A DNA stretch of 64,000 nucleotides from Tubulanus polymorphus (GCF_964204645.1 NC_134026.1:30987432-31051431), one strand, 5' to 3'; numbered from the stretch's first letter, positions 46,894-59,251 are shown. Made by a program: numbers and translations. Notes: generated by a model not told the origin, from the letters alone.

Positions 46894-47384
46894 TTTATAA
46901 AATTTGAATGAACAATATGTTTATACATAATTATATATATATATACATACACCTAGTGAAAAATACACGTTTGATCCTTACTGATGTACATCATCGAGTT
47001 GGAAATTTCGGATATTCTATAATATTCTATAATATTTCATATCCATTAATTCTTTCTTAATTATTTTACTGTTTATCCATTCAGTTTTACCGAGGAGGTT
47101 TTTCCCATCTTCCTGGTTTTACCGTGGACAGTAAGAATCCAAACGAAAGATAAGAAAGAATGTACAGCCTAACGGCCAGTATGACTCATAACGGATTTGT
47201 GTTTAATCCCTGGAGAAGCCACGTTCATTCAAACTCTTGCCCTATAGTATATATTCCTTTTTTGTGACAGAAAAATAGCCACGGACTTGAAATTCAGAAT
47301 TGCTTAAAACAATTCCTGTCAATGGGCCTTATTAAGAGACTGTGCAATCAGAATGATAGCGGGGATTGTTAGTGAATAGTCACC

Positions 47385-47470
47385 ACACCCGACTGGTCAC
47401 CAGTCACCACACCTGACTGGTCACCAGTCACCACACCCGACTGGTCACCAGTCACCACACCTGACTGATC
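47385..47470. repeat. 26-bp tandem repeat x ~4 (gactggtcaccagtcaccacacc(c/t))
   Basis: Direct tandem copies. Confidence 0.8.
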
Positions 47471-47527
47471 ACCAGTCACAGCTACACATAACTGGAAACC
47501 ACACGCAGGCCAATAAACAACAACTCA

Positions 47528-47592
47528 TTGGTCTAGTGGTTAGAGCGTCGGACTTGTGCGCCGGTGATCACGAGTTCGCAACCCTACCTAGG
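47528..47592 (+). mobile_element. tRNA-derived SINE-like fragment / tRNA pseudogene (box A tagtggttagagc, box B gagttcgcaaccc)
   Basis: Pol III A and B boxes at tRNA-like spacing, but no acceptable cloverleaf (D and T stems unpaired). Confidence 0.4.
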
Positions 47593-47934
47593 TTTAGGGT
47601 TAGCTGGCGGATGAGGTAGAGATTACTTTTTGCGAATACACGTCCTTTCTGAAAGAAACTCCTCGAATAGAGACTAATCCTTAAAAGAGATATCTTGTTT
47701 TCCTTTTTATTAATCTCAGTAACGAATTGTAGCTGCCATCTGTGAAGAATACCGCTCCATTCAGAAAACATTTCTCGCGACAAGAACAAGTAATACACAT
47801 ATACAAATAACATAATATATAGGCTATTGGTCTTTATTTGATGATAATCTTTGGAAGAAATTACATTTATAAAAATAAAGATAAAACGATGACTTGATTG
47901 AACATACAGTGCATATTTATAGAACTAAGAACTA

Positions 47935-48140
47935 TTGGGGCCAGTTCCACAGTCATGTTTTGGCTACAAGACTAACTTCTATAACCGATCTAGCAACTTA
48001 AGACCAGTCTAAGCTCATTTTAGTTCAATCACCAATATAACAACTTAAGACCAGTCTAAGCTCATTTTGGTTATATATCCAACCTAACAACTTAAGATGA
48101 TAAGTCTTAAGATTTAAGACCACTTTTTGGACTTTTGGTC
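47935..48140. mobile_element. MITE family A copy
   Basis: ggggccagttccacagtcatgtttt... aacttaagaccagtctaagctcatttt x2 ... cttaagatttaagaccact. Confidence 0.7.
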
Positions 48141-48667
48141 AAGCTTTACTTTTGGTAACAGCTTTACTTCATCACTCGCATTGTACCAATGACAAAGAGA
48201 TTGTACCTTTCCAGGATTCCAATTTCTAGCTGGTTAATAAAACAAATCTATTGTAGACCTACAGTACATAGACATAATCATTATACACAATATAAAATAA
48301 TACTTCATACATTAGCTGTAAACACGAATATCGCACAAATAATATAGTACAGTATAACATAAAGGCAATATAGAAATCCCAAACTAAGAATGAAAAGAGT
48401 CTAAAATGTCTCCATGAGTTTATTATTTAGTTCAGCACATCAACTTTATCTAAATCGCCATCTTCAAGAATAAGTGTTTTCACAACTAGCCGAATAGTCA
48501 TCTGCTGGAATACCAGAGTAATACAAGGAATTCAGCACTATCTCATGAAGAGTGCTAGTAGGATCTATCTCCAGGAAACATTGTGGACTTTTTAAATTCT
48601 TAGTATCGGATTATCATTTTTAACAACATGAACTCAGAGTGTTTTAAACAATATTACTCCGATAAAT

Positions 48668-48788
<121 letters not shown>

Positions 48789-48811
48789 TGTTGTAAGCTG
48801 AATATTCATCA

Positions 48812-48929
48812 TTATAACACATGAGACGATAATGGATCGTTTATAACTGGTTGATAATTGTGTTCAACACGAATATTGTGTTGCTTCAAACACCAGCATC
48901 TGTACTGCATCAATCTCTCCAATAATGAT
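48812..48929 (-). CDS. SLC2A13: SLC2A13/HMIT-like sugar transporter, terminal exon 13/13 (cytoplasmic tail ...*)
   Basis: Acceptor attttcag. In phase (phase 2) with exon 12. Stop TAA at 48814-48812. Confidence 0.5.
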
Positions 48930-48994
48930 CTGAAAATAAATTTGAAAATGTTACATTTTGATCAGTTTAATTTACGATGATTACAGTTAAGTAG

Positions 48995-49125
48995 ACTGCC
49001 CTCAACTCAGAGATAACTGCTCAACCCAGAGATAACTGTTTTACTCAGAGATAACTGTCTACCGGTAACTCAGAGATAACTGTTTAACTCAGAGATAACC
49101 ATTTAACTCAGATATAGCCCTGACC
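48995..49125. repeat. ~19-bp tandem repeat x ~7 (actcagagataactgtttA)
   Basis: Direct copies. Confidence 0.8.
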
Positions 49126-49589
49126 TACATTGAACTCAGATATCACTCTCAAGTCGGACCTATTTTTACAGTTTCCAAAAATGTCTGAATTGAGAAGAGT
49201 CTACCGTATGATACCCTCAACCATATCCAACTAATCACTAAGTGAAATTAGATAGAACTGAAAACTAAGATCATGACCTCCACCGCAATCACTTCCTTAA
49301 AAACCAAATAAGACCAAAAAACCCAAATGATAACCTTTAGTTAAGCACACCGTAGTTGAATAATACATACTCAAATCAGACAGCAATCATGTGACCTTTT
49401 TACAGCAATGTAGGTTTTTTACGATAATCCTGATTAAACATGACGATTTATCATTATTTTAGACATAAAAAAGAACAGACAGACTTGCAGATTTGAAGTT
49501 AACAATAATCCTGACAAAACATGGCGATTTATCATTATTCATGACCTAAAAAAACAGAGTTTCAGAATTGATTTCAATTAATTTCTTAC

Positions 49590-49722
49590 CCTTTATTCAG
49601 ATCTGCAGATATTTGTTCTAATGTTCTATTCTTAGTTTCCGGTACGAGAAGAAATATGAACACAACAGCTATCGCGCATATCATACTGTATAACAGGAAT
49701 GTCACTGATACTCCTAAACCAT
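49590..49722 (-). CDS. SLC2A13: SLC2A13-like exon 12/13 (TM12: GLGVSVTFLLYSMICAIAVVFIFLLVPETKNRTLEQISADLNK)
   Basis: MFS/GLUT C-terminal signature VPETKG..LE.I. Acceptor tttgtag, donor GG|gtaaga. Confidence 0.75.
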
Positions 49723-50011
49723 CTACAAATACAAGCAAAATAAATATCCAACAATTACGTAAAGAAGGGCATTATAAGTGACACTTTGAGACAGGAGACT
49801 GAATTAAAGACAACTGCTCAGCTCTAGGGCAAGCAGAGTCTGTACATGTGCCTAAGAATAACGTTATAAAGTATTAGGCTGCAGGATTCAGTTCCGTCGT
49901 TGAGCACAAACTACAGTTAACTCTTCCACTGAGTTAACATCCAGTCAAACTGTGGAACTGAGTTCAGAACTCCTTCAAAGTAAATAGATGAACATAAGTA
50001 ACTAAACTTAC

Positions 50012-50134
50012 TCATAACATGTAGAAATGTTAATGAAATAATAAGATTCGTTCCCCAATTGAATATCGTCACCAAAGAAATCGCTCTTCCTTTTATAGTG
50101 GAAGGAAAAATCTCGCTTAATATCAACCAAACTC
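50012..50134 (-). CDS. SLC2A13: SLC2A13-like exon 11/13 ([41 protein letters not shown])
   Basis: Sugar-porter motifs E.FP...RG.A.S and NW..N. Acceptor ttttgtag, donor A|gtaagt. Confidence 0.8.
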
Positions 50135-50298
50135 CTACAAAAAATAACAATCAAATTCAGTTAAAATCATTGTCAACTGGATTCAGTTCTCAGTTTTAAC
50201 AGTTTAAAAACATTGAAAATGAACTGATTCTGACTCAGACTGCGGAACTGGAAAAAGATTTTGAAAGAACTCTTGATTCGAAATAATTGTAAATTCAC

Positions 50299-50629
50299 CT
50301 GGTCCAAAACTAAATGCATATCCAGCAACGAAAACTAACAAAGCTATAAATGAAATCCATTTGGAAATAACAGACTGCATCTGATCCTGGTGCGGTTCAA
50401 GAACAGGTGCCGATTCCTCGAGACTGATGTTTGAACCGATAGTTCTATTGACTGGTATCATAGTAACTCCATCGTGACAAATGACCGACACATCCTCGAC
50501 TTGTTGTAAAGTAAATGTAACGATCCCGAGAATGAAAATACTTAAAGCCATTAACGTTGATCCGGACAGTAAGAATTTACGTCTTCCAGCCTTGTCAAAC
50601 AACGACAGAGACACTACAGTAGCTATAAA
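50299..50629 (-). CDS. SLC2A13: SLC2A13-like exon 10/13 (TM9, DKAGRRK motif, long extracellular loop, TM10)
   Basis: Motif D.AGRR..LL.GS of the GLUT family. ~45-aa loop between TMs as in HMIT. Acceptor tatttcag, donor G|gtgaat. Confidence 0.8.
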
Positions 50630-50808
50630 CTGAAATATCAATGAAAATCATGCGTTAGATTTTTGATCCTTTACAGGGAACAGTTTCACAAAAAAATCTC
50701 CTTGTTAAACTCTTATTTCATTTCATTTCCTCATTAATCTAGTTCTAATCGATTTAAGAGTTAATCATTTTTGTGATGAGACTGGATCTATAGGAAATAC
50801 GGTACATT

Positions 50809-50973
50809 AGGGATCATTCATTTATTACGTACACATTAGGGTAGGGGAAGGGGTCAGTGCAATTGCGTACTGTAATGTTTAATGTATATGAAAAAATGGC
50901 CGATTCTGCGTACATGGGGGGAGGGGGGTTGAAAAAGTCAAATTTCATGCGTACGTAATAAATAAATGATCCC
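50809..50973. mobile_element. Palindromic MITE family C, second copy (in SLC2A13-like intron)
   Basis: Same TIR gggatcattcatttattacgtac as 28726-28890. Confidence 0.8.
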
Positions 50974-51162
50974 ATAACATTAATTTCAAGTCCAATTCGC
51001 TCAGTCGTCACACCACTGAAGTCATGTCTATATTTGAATCTCAGTTTGTATTTCCAATTCAATTTAAGTCTAAGTCATGATTTCAAGTCAATAATCGCCA
51101 TAATCATAGTCACAACTGACTCCATAATCGGCGAGTTTTCAATGTAATTATTGATAGTTTAC

Positions 51163-51273
51163 CTTGACGATGCCCAGACCAACTGTCGCTAATGTTGCAG
51201 CTAGATTTGATTCGAAACCCAACGATTGATAAATAGTAGGAGCGTAATATAATACATTAGGCTGACCGCTGAA
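51163..51273 (-). CDS. SLC2A13: SLC2A13-like exon 9/13 ([20 protein letters not shown]...)
   Basis: GLUT motif Q.SG.N...YY...IF. Acceptor tatttcag, donor AAG|gtaaac. Confidence 0.8.
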
Positions 51274-51648
51274 CTGAAATAAAACAATTAAAACTCAGTT
51301 AGAATCAATGGATGATCAGTTTTTGAAAATGTCTGGTTTTTGTAGTTCATTTTCCATTAGAAATGTCTCAGGTGAAGCACTGAACACATGTGAAGTGTGG
51401 ACGATCAGTTTTTGAAAGAGTGTTGATAAAATGTCCAATATCTGGTGTTTGTAGTTCATTTTTGATGTTTCAGGTCAAGTCCTTAACACATGTGAAATGT
51501 GTGGACGATCAAAAATAGGAAGGAGACATTAAATGGCTGAGGATTGCACAATCCAGACTTGGGGGTTGGTACATTTTGTCCAGGCAGCAGACTGATACCA
51601 TCATAGTTCACACCCAGTATTTAAAGAATATTGACCAGAAATAGATAC

Positions 51649-51735
51649 CTGTGCTAGGAATACCAGTCCAGCTCCAATAAACATTCTACCCCTCATATTA
51701 TCAGTTGAGCTAAATAGATCACATACACCATGATT
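51649..51735 (-). CDS. SLC2A13: SLC2A13-like exon 8/13
   Basis: Acceptor gtttttag, donor CAG|gtatct. Phase 0. Confidence 0.65.
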
Positions 51736-51822
51736 CTAAAAACGAAACAAGACATCAGTTAAAAAGATAACGGTATCTATTGATTTATAAACACTAATAC
51801 AGATACTGTAGATAGATAGAAA

Positions 51823-51909
51823 CCTGTTCGATAGTGATTCCGAGTTTCATTGTTTTGAGTTCAGCCGATACATCTGATTCTCCTCTTAATTTCTGTAGTA
51901 CAACTTCAG
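51823..51909 (-). CDS. SLC2A13: SLC2A13-like exon 7/13 (AEVVLQKLRGESDVSAELKTMK: central cytoplasmic loop)
   Basis: GLUT loop motif ...L.KLRG..DV. Boundaries +/-1 bp. Confidence 0.7.
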
Positions 51910-52393
51910 CCTGAAATCAAAACATCATCATTACTGATACAAGTGAGAGAACTTCCCCCCCCCCCCCCCCCATATACAGTGAGTCATCATCGTTGGGACG
52001 ATTACCCGGTATCATGTTAACTACTCATTCAAAAGACAACTTTAACTTGGTGCACTGAATTAGAGATTAGGTCTCAAAAAGTCTTAATTCAGCCTGAAGA
52101 AGACTTCTGATTTGAAAGAGCTTTCCCTATGTATACAGTGAAACTTGCAGCTCAAGTTGTCGTAATTGGAATAAACATTATGTTGATGACTTAATAATCC
52201 AAATGATGATTTACACTTAGTTAATTGAATTGGGAAATACAAATTGGGACTCAAACATAGAGACGATTTTAGTCGACTTAACTTGATAACGATTGATAAC
52301 GACTTACGCTTAGTAAATTGAATTTGAAATAAAATAAGGACTCAAAAATAGAGACGACTTATCAAAATGATTTTTGACTGTTTTGATTCTGAC

Positions 52394-52502
52394 CTCTTGA
52401 TCTTTTTTCTGTAAAAGCAAAAATCTTGGACTCGAGGGGAGAAAGAACATTCCTATCCCCTGAACAACGGCAGGTATCATCGATAATCCAAACATGTACT
52501 TC
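52394..52502 (-). CDS. SLC2A13: SLC2A13-like exon 6/13 (WKYMFGLSMIPAVVQGIGMFFLPSSPRFLLLQKK)
   Basis: Motif PESPR(W/F)L of sugar porters. Acceptor tttgtag, donor GAG|gtcaga. Confidence 0.8.
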
Positions 52503-52585
52503 CTACAAAATCATATAACAATTCATAACAAACACGAACATTAAATCAATATTATTGATTCATATAGGAATAATTAAACACTCAC

Positions 52586-52689
52586 CATCCATCTGTTTTA
52601 TTGATAAATCCATAGTTAACAACATACGCTAACAGAAGCCCGACTGTTATACCGAGTTCATTAAATGTGACCAATAAACCTCGTTTATT
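52586..52689 (-). CDS. SLC2A13: SLC2A13-like exon 5/13
   Basis: Acceptor tgaacag, donor TG|gtgagt. Confidence 0.65.
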
Positions 52690-52800
52690 CTGTTCAATAG
52701 AAAACAGTTCGCATTCAATCGACTCAATACAAAATTCATCATTCATTCTAAAATACGAAATTGTAACAGATGTTTTTGAATTAATGCTCTAATTACTTAC

Positions 52801-52884
52801 AGCAGGAGCTATTTCTGATATGTAAATACATTCGCCTATAGCAGATAATGATACTGCTAAACCTAAAATAAATCTCCCCACTAC
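52801..52884 (-). CDS. SLC2A13: SLC2A13-like exon 4/13 (VVGRFILGLAVSLSAIGECIYISEIAPA)
   Basis: MFS motif GR...G.G.G......Y..E..P. Acceptor tattacag, donor GCT|gtaagt. Confidence 0.8.
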
Positions 52885-52967
52885 CTGTAATAGAAACACA
52901 GCCATTGCCACAAACTGTAGTGAATAATATTGATTTATGACAATGAAAGATGGGTTTGAAAACTTAC

Positions 52968-53074
52968 CAGGGACAGAAAGGAAGGAGAAATGACTAGAAT
53001 GATAGCACCGATAATAAACACTATAGAATTCAGAATTATTGTTCGTCTTCGGCCCCAATAATCAATTATAAAAC
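52968..53074 (-). CDS. SLC2A13: SLC2A13-like exon 3/13 (GFIIDYWGRRRTIIL...)
   Basis: MFS loop 2-3 motif G...D..GRR. Acceptor atttctag, donor CTG|gtaagt. Confidence 0.8.
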
Positions 53075-53134
53075 CTAGAAATAGAAGAGTTCCACAGGTC
53101 TGCGTTAAAAATACGATTCTACTTCAGTCAGCAG

Positions 53135-53470
53135 GGGGTGGGTTAAGGGGTCCTGAGTTCACTCACAGTGGAACTGGATCCTAACTCTAACTCACAACAG
53201 GTGGATCAATGGTGTTGCATTATGCTCATTTTGGATTAAGTTTAAAATGTGTGGAGTTTATGCCCTGAATCAGGATCAAGTTTCATAGTTGTGAGTTCAG
53301 AGTAAACTCTAAATCAAAACTGTGGAACTGGATCCAGAGTTCAGAGTAAACTCTAACTCACAACTGTGGAACTGGATCTTGAGTTCAGAGTTAACTCTAA
53401 CTCACAACTGTGGAACTGGATCCTGAGTTCAGAGTTAACTCTAACTCACAACTGTGGAACTGGATCCTGC
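53135..53470. repeat. Family B cluster: ~44-bp unit (gagttcagagttaactctaactcacaactgtggaactggatcct) x ~4 plus partial copies, in SLC2A13-like intron 2
   Basis: Direct tandem copies. Same TIR sequence as MITE family B. Confidence 0.85.
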
Positions 53471-53566
53471 ATTTTTTGAATGGCCAAATGCAGTAAAGGG
53501 AGATCCACGACGACCGCTGATCTGGTCTAGAGCAACAACCTGTGCTACAGGTGGAATTCTAGTTAC

Positions 53567-53683
53567 CTCCAAATATAGAACTAACAACTGCCCCGATCAG
53601 CATCGAACTGACGACCATCTCACGCTGGAAACAATTCAATGAAAACGCCACCTTTAGTTGTAACAACGCACCAGATATTATAC
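53567..53683 (-). CDS. SLC2A13: SLC2A13-like exon 2/13 ([39 protein letters not shown])
   Basis: Matches HMIT [31 protein letters not shown]. Donor G|gtaact. Confidence 0.75.
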
Positions 53684-53799
53684 CTTCAAATAGAATAAAT
53701 ATCTTATGATAAGTTTTAAATCCTGCGCTCAGCTGTAGAGTTCAACTGTATGAGATGCTACAATACTCTGTAATACTACGGTAGACTCGACTTGAGGAA

Positions 53800-53940
53800 C
53801 CAGGGGCCAGTTGCACAGTCGTGACTTAAGTCCAAAAGTGGTCTTAAATCTTAAGACTGGGGTTAAGTTGTTAGATTGGCTATAGAACTAAGATATTTTT
53901 AGACTGGGCTTAAGTCTAAGCCATGACTATGCAACCGGCT
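53800..53940. mobile_element. MITE family A copy in SLC2A13-like intron 1
   Basis: gaaccaggggccagttgcacagtcgtgacttaagtcc...ggttaagttgttagattggctatagaac...aagccatgactatgcaaccggctcc with inverted termini. Confidence 0.75.
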
Positions 53941-53958
53941 CCGGTTTATATAACTTAC

Positions 53959-54190
53959 CAACATCATAGCCGAATAACACACCACCAAGAGCTGCCATGA
54001 AAGACGCGCCGATAACGTAGGATGTGATCCTCTGAGATTTAGGGGGTAGTTGTAACTCCTGATAATCCGTCGGTGTATTTTGTAATTCGATTTCATCCGA
54101 TCCATACTGTAATTGTGGATCTTGTAGTAAACCAGCTAGAAATATACAACAGAAATAATACACTGAAATAATCCATCCTGAATATGACAA
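53959..54190 (-). CDS. SLC2A13: SLC2A13-like exon 1 (candidate; ...ITSYVIGASFMAALGGVLFGYDVG)
   Basis: TM1 motif GG.LFGYD.G. In-frame ATG at 54190. True start could lie in a further upstream exon (possible acceptor tttctag at ~54140). Confidence 0.5.
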
Positions 54191-55802
54191 TATGAGACAG
54201 ATTTAATATCAAATTTAAACTCGATTAAGTCATCATTGTATAAGTCGGCTCATTAACCTAAATGGTCTCTATTTTTTGTCCTATTTTGAAAATTTCCTCA
54301 TTCAATTTACTAAATGTAAATCATAATTTGGATAATTCATCACATTACTGATGTCATCTCTAGTCCTAGTATTTCTACATTTAAGTCATCATTTGGATTA
54401 TGTAGTCACATCACTGAAGTCATCTCTATTTTGAGTCTTATTCAATTTACTGAGTGTAAGTCATAATTTGGATCAGTCGTTGACAATAATGATCATTACA
54501 ACTACAACGACTGAAGCATCAATTTGCATTTTATTTCACATACCAGTAACATCAGTAAGATCCATCGAACGAACTCCAGTTTATCCCATAGAAATACTCT
54601 ATTCCTTTTTCAAATACTCAATTCCTTTTTCAAATGCTCTATTACTTCCACAGGAATCATTGTACAGAGCTACTGCTGAACATCTGTCATTCTTAGAGTA
54701 CAGCAGTTATTCAAACAATATTTCAGCACTGACAATAACTCAGTAATAATCTCGGTAGGCTAACTACAAAGAATATATACTGTTTTGACCCTGTATATGA
54801 AATATATACTTGTACTGTCCAACCTGGATATAACTCTCGAGCCAAATTATGTCCAAAACTGATTCGACTTGAGCAAAGCCTACTGTACGAATTTATCTTA
54901 TGTTTGTTCATTCTTTTGTTGATATTTCATAAATATTCATTAATTGCAAATAAAAAATCCAATCAGAATTCTAAAATCTTTCAAAAATTCTTCTCCTGGG
55001 TAAAAAAACAATGATAGAAAATAATGATTGGCTTTTATTGAATTTAATGATTTATTTCAGATATCTAATGCAATATAGAACGACAGATGTGAATAAGAGT
55101 CTTCAATACTGGGAGCCTACAATCAAATAACAGCTGTTAGGGCTCGTGTTGTTATCAGTTTTTTAACCCTCCGTCTGTAAGAATCAAATTTCCACATATA
55201 TGATCGAAAACAATGAGCGACTGAACTTCAATAGTACATTTGTAAACGAGTTATTTTTGATGAATTGATGAGGCCTCTTTTAGAATTCAGCCACTGGAGT
55301 TGTTCGGTGACCATTCCATTGTGTATTGCATTATAACAATTTCATCATCATCTTGTTTATTATGTTGAAGAAATAAAGTTATTATTACAATTCAATGTGA
55401 AAATCATCTATTTCTAAATTCACGTTTTAGCGTTTGGACCAAAGGAAAGTTACTAAGGCTGATATTAAACACATTACATTGAGTAACAAGAAATAGAGTA
55501 AAAGATCTTACGACCATCATTCCTGATGAGATTAAATCATTTCATTACTTATTAACTCAAGGTTAACTCAACTTTTAAGCTTAATAACTCAATTTTTATT
55601 TCAAGGTTTGAAATGTAACAATTCATTTTTCTTTGAATCTCGTATATGATAAAGAAACACGAGGTCAATTTCGAATTCCCCGAGTTTTTCTGGCCAGTGA
55701 AAGGACATGATGTTACAAACAACTCAATGGCTAAATAAAGAAATAGTTTTTTACAAAAATGTTCATGAAAATGACTTTGATTATTTCAATATCTATGAAT
55801 AG

Positions 55803-56252
55803 TCAATTTTGATCGTCGTAAAGAACTCGAACGCTTAATGAACACGAACAACAGCAGACGATATCAACAGAAAACTGTTTATCACAATCGTTTAATGTAT
55901 AAAACCCTCCGCATCTACACGGATAAACTAAAACATCGTCGTCATCGGCAACGACGTCAAATTCTGACAATGAAATTGTATCCTGAATCGGGAATTTCTG
56001 CGCGAGGCATCTTTGACTCCAAGCGGCGTCGTATTTATTCCTCATCTCCTCGTCTCGTAATATTTTCCAAGCTTTGTCGATGGCGACGAATTCATCGCGG
56101 AGTTCACTCAGTTGTCGTTCGGTCAAATCGCGATCGTCTTTTCTATCGCGTTTATCCGGATGAAATTCAAGCACTAGTTTCTGATACGATTGTTTTAACG
56201 TTTCTTTACTCGCGCCGGAATCACATTTCAATATCGCGTACAAATCTTCCAT
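55803..56252 (-). CDS. DNAJC24: DPH4/DNAJC24 (J-domain plus CSL zinc finger), intronless, 149 aa
   Basis: J-domain DLYAILKC...LVLEFHPDK. CSL-type zinc finger YPCRCGGFYTLND...VCCCSCSL. ATG at 56252. The ORF-track start at 56300 is an upstream TTG. Confidence 0.85.
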   Translation of the reverse strand: MEDLYAILKCDSGASKETLKQSYQKLVLEFHPDKRDRKDDRDLTERQLSELRDEFVAIDKAWKILRDEEMRNKYDAAWSQRCLAQKFPIQDTISLSEFDVVADDDDVLVYPCRCGGFYTLNDCDKQFSVDIVCCCSCSLSVRVLYDDQN

Positions 56253-56759
56253 TTCGCTCTTAATTCGCGTGAAATGAAAATCTTCCGATTTATGTTTCAA
56301 ATCCCCTCAAAAATTCCCTGAAAAGACACGAAATAAAAACCAAAACGTATTTTAAGATTTTGTTTGTTACGCATTTTGAAATGTGAGCCCCATTCACGCG
56401 AGTCTACTGCGGCAGTTGTGTATCCCTACCTTTCTCCTTCGTCGATGTCATTTTATGATAATCCTTTACAGGTTTATTCTCTCTTATTCACTTTGTAAAA
56501 TTCATACTTTATAAGACTAGACGACTAACATAAAGATAGTCTCAAAAAATAATCCGTAATGTGTGCAGTCAGTACGTGTTTTGTATGTGACACTGACACA
56601 ATATTAATCAGTTGGTAACATATGTAACCCACCGGTACGCAGCACGCTTATTCAATATTACATCTATCACTCTGTATAAAAATCCCACAATAATTTGATT
56701 AAAAGAAGTCCGAAATGTTAATGATTTATTCAAAGTTTCAACTAAATCCTAATAGTCTG

Positions 56760-56920
<161 letters not shown>

Positions 56921-58294
56921 CTGTGTTTACTCGTATATATTCAAAGTCAACATTCCGTTTCTAATCCCAGTCACAGTTCCACAAAACAAGGCACGATATT
57001 TGTAATACTGCACACGATTTACGTTATGCGGAGAGTTGATCAACACGAGAAAATAAACTACTGTTGAAATATACAGTCTTCATAAAGTCATCTTCAGGAA
57101 TATTAGCGTTATCACACAATTATTAGATATATATGTAAATATCTCAATCCAGAACAAAGGGACAAATTGAGTAAATAAGATGTGATTATACAAACTAAGG
57201 GTACATACAACATACGAACACTTAACAAACTAAACACATTTCAAGCAGAGCAAACTGGAGAACTATCTTTTTATTCTTATTGTGGGGTTCTTATATTATC
57301 TTTACAAAATGGACGGAGTGGTAATCAACCTATCAGTGTCATACTGTGTTAGTTCAGGGAGTACCGGTACATACTATGGTCATTGTCGGGATATCTGGTG
57401 TCTTTTTAAATATAGATCATGATCTCCTTTTCTATGCCCACTTTATGCAATTTTTCAGAATTAAGAATTAACTATAACTAAAGTGAAGTATACCCTATGA
57501 AGCTCTATTAACAGGAATCGAGAATGATTAGTTGATTATCTGTTTTTGGTGCCTTTTTTGTTCTTTTCTGTTGGTACTATGGTTGCAAATCAAATTTGGA
57601 CTGGATCCATCCTGCTCACAGGTCTGGGGTCTGAGGGTCTTAACAATTCTTAACAAAGAAAGATTAACTGGCAGCAATAGCCATTTTAGACAGAAATACT
57701 TTTTTGAATAATTTTCGAAAAAATTGTGCCCATTTTCTTTTTCAGAAAATTCCCTTAACAGAATCCATTAGGCTACACACATGTCATTACTACGGAAACA
57801 ATAATTACCATGGAAATAAAATCAGGACTTTTTCGGAATTAAAACAGAAAAGTTGAATTGGGAAAAAATAAGAGCTTTACCTGAATCTGAACAGTCACCG
57901 GTTAATATAAAATCTATCTCATCTTCATTAGACATCATCATCGCATCAACAACTTCAAATAATCATCTGAAATGAAATGAGAAAATTAAAACTTGTCCGA
58001 TGTTGGGGCCATTCACAGGGGCAGGGGCCGAGTGGTAGCCTTGTATCTAGCTGTTGTTTTTTAGATCTCATCAGATCATCTGGTAGTAATCAGAAATCAG
58101 TTTAGGCCTACTATAGACCAGAGTAGGGGGCACTTCTAGACTTTGTAACATTTGTTGGACCCAATATGTTATGAAATTGGATTTTATTAATGGCACCAAT
58201 ATCGATCATCATCTCATACTAATATATTATTATGGACAAGGTGCTTATTAATCAACGTACAGATGATGCACACAGCACAATCCAATAAATACTC

Positions 58295-58390
58295 GCCAAA
58301 CGGCACAAGAGGTGAGGGTGCGAGAGGTGAGGGTGCAAAGGTGGGGGCACGAGAGGTGAGGGCGTGAGAGGTGAGGGCGCGAGAGGAAAT
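58295..58390. repeat. GC-rich 12-bp imperfect tandem repeat (gagaggtgagggYg x ~7)
   Basis: Direct copies. Accounts for part of the dubious ORF 58214-58687. Confidence 0.7.
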
Positions 58391-59183
58391 GTTTGGGAGA
58401 GTGAAGGGTACTACAGAGAAAAGAAGGACGACAGATCGCGGCTGCTTATGATAGATAGTGATGCTGCTGCTTTCCTTGCTTGGTTGTTGTTTGTTAGAAT
58501 AGATGAAACGTGGAGATGTTTTTCGTTTCGGTGATCCGCCTTGCTTTATCCTCCATGGGCCTACGGTTTTGGCCTTAGTATCTGCTTGAATTTGATAAAA
58601 ATCATAATATGAGATATTGACCTCGATATATTTCAGCTTGGTCACAACAGAAATCAGAGGAGAGGAGAGTGAATCAAATCGCTTCATCGATTCATTATCA
58701 TTAAATTAGACATACGCAACGACCTTCAGCCGGGATACAAGTGCGCATATTGTGCAGAGTTGGATTATCTCGGAGCCAACCCACTTCGGCGACACTCGGA
58801 ACAGTCCAAACCAAAGACTGGTTACGTGTAGAAAACGGTAACCAGTCTCTCCAAACTCGTATCGCCACCTAGTGTCGACCGAGATATACGCGGATTTTTC
58901 AAGGATGGAAAGAAAGTTTTGAGGATAAAATCGTCAAAAAAGAAATATACTGAAATTGATAGAAGCCAAAGTTGCAGCCAGCGCCCGATCCCGGAGGAGG
59001 AGAACACCGACACCGTGTTCATTTAAAGAACAAAATCTGACTCTAATTTATGGCCTATCATCAATCAGCTTCTGCTGGCTGGCCTTGTTTTTGACGTTGC
59101 TGGGTCGGGAGGCTGTGGGGAAGGACAGTGAATGTAGGTTGTAACTGAGTTATAATGGATTGTAGTAAACAGCGTCACTTGTT

Positions 59184-59251
59184 ATGAAAATGTTCCAGTT
59201 AAGAAGAATCGGTTTACCATCAACCATAGAACGTGTCACAAACTTGATGAG
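59184..59251 (+). CDS. TCF19: TCF19-like (FHA plus PHD finger) exon 1 (MKMFQLRRIGLPSTIERVTNLM)
   Basis: Human TCF19 starts MLPCFQLLRIGG. Donor AG|gtaatg. Phase matches exon 2. Confidence 0.65.

Noticed and set aside
56253-56300. ORF-track start of the DPH4 ORF at 56300
   Set aside because: Codon at 56300 is TTG. The first ATG is at 56252, giving a 149-aa protein with the J-domain intact.
57850-57960. Possible first exon MMSNEDEIDFILTGDCSDSG with gtaaag donor on the minus strand
   Set aside because: No downstream exon in phase could be found. DPH4 downstream has its own in-frame stop upstream of its ATG.
58214-58687. 157-aa minus-strand ORF
   Set aside because: Low-complexity, partly encoded by a GC-rich 12-bp tandem repeat. 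No splice context or motif. Treated as spurious.
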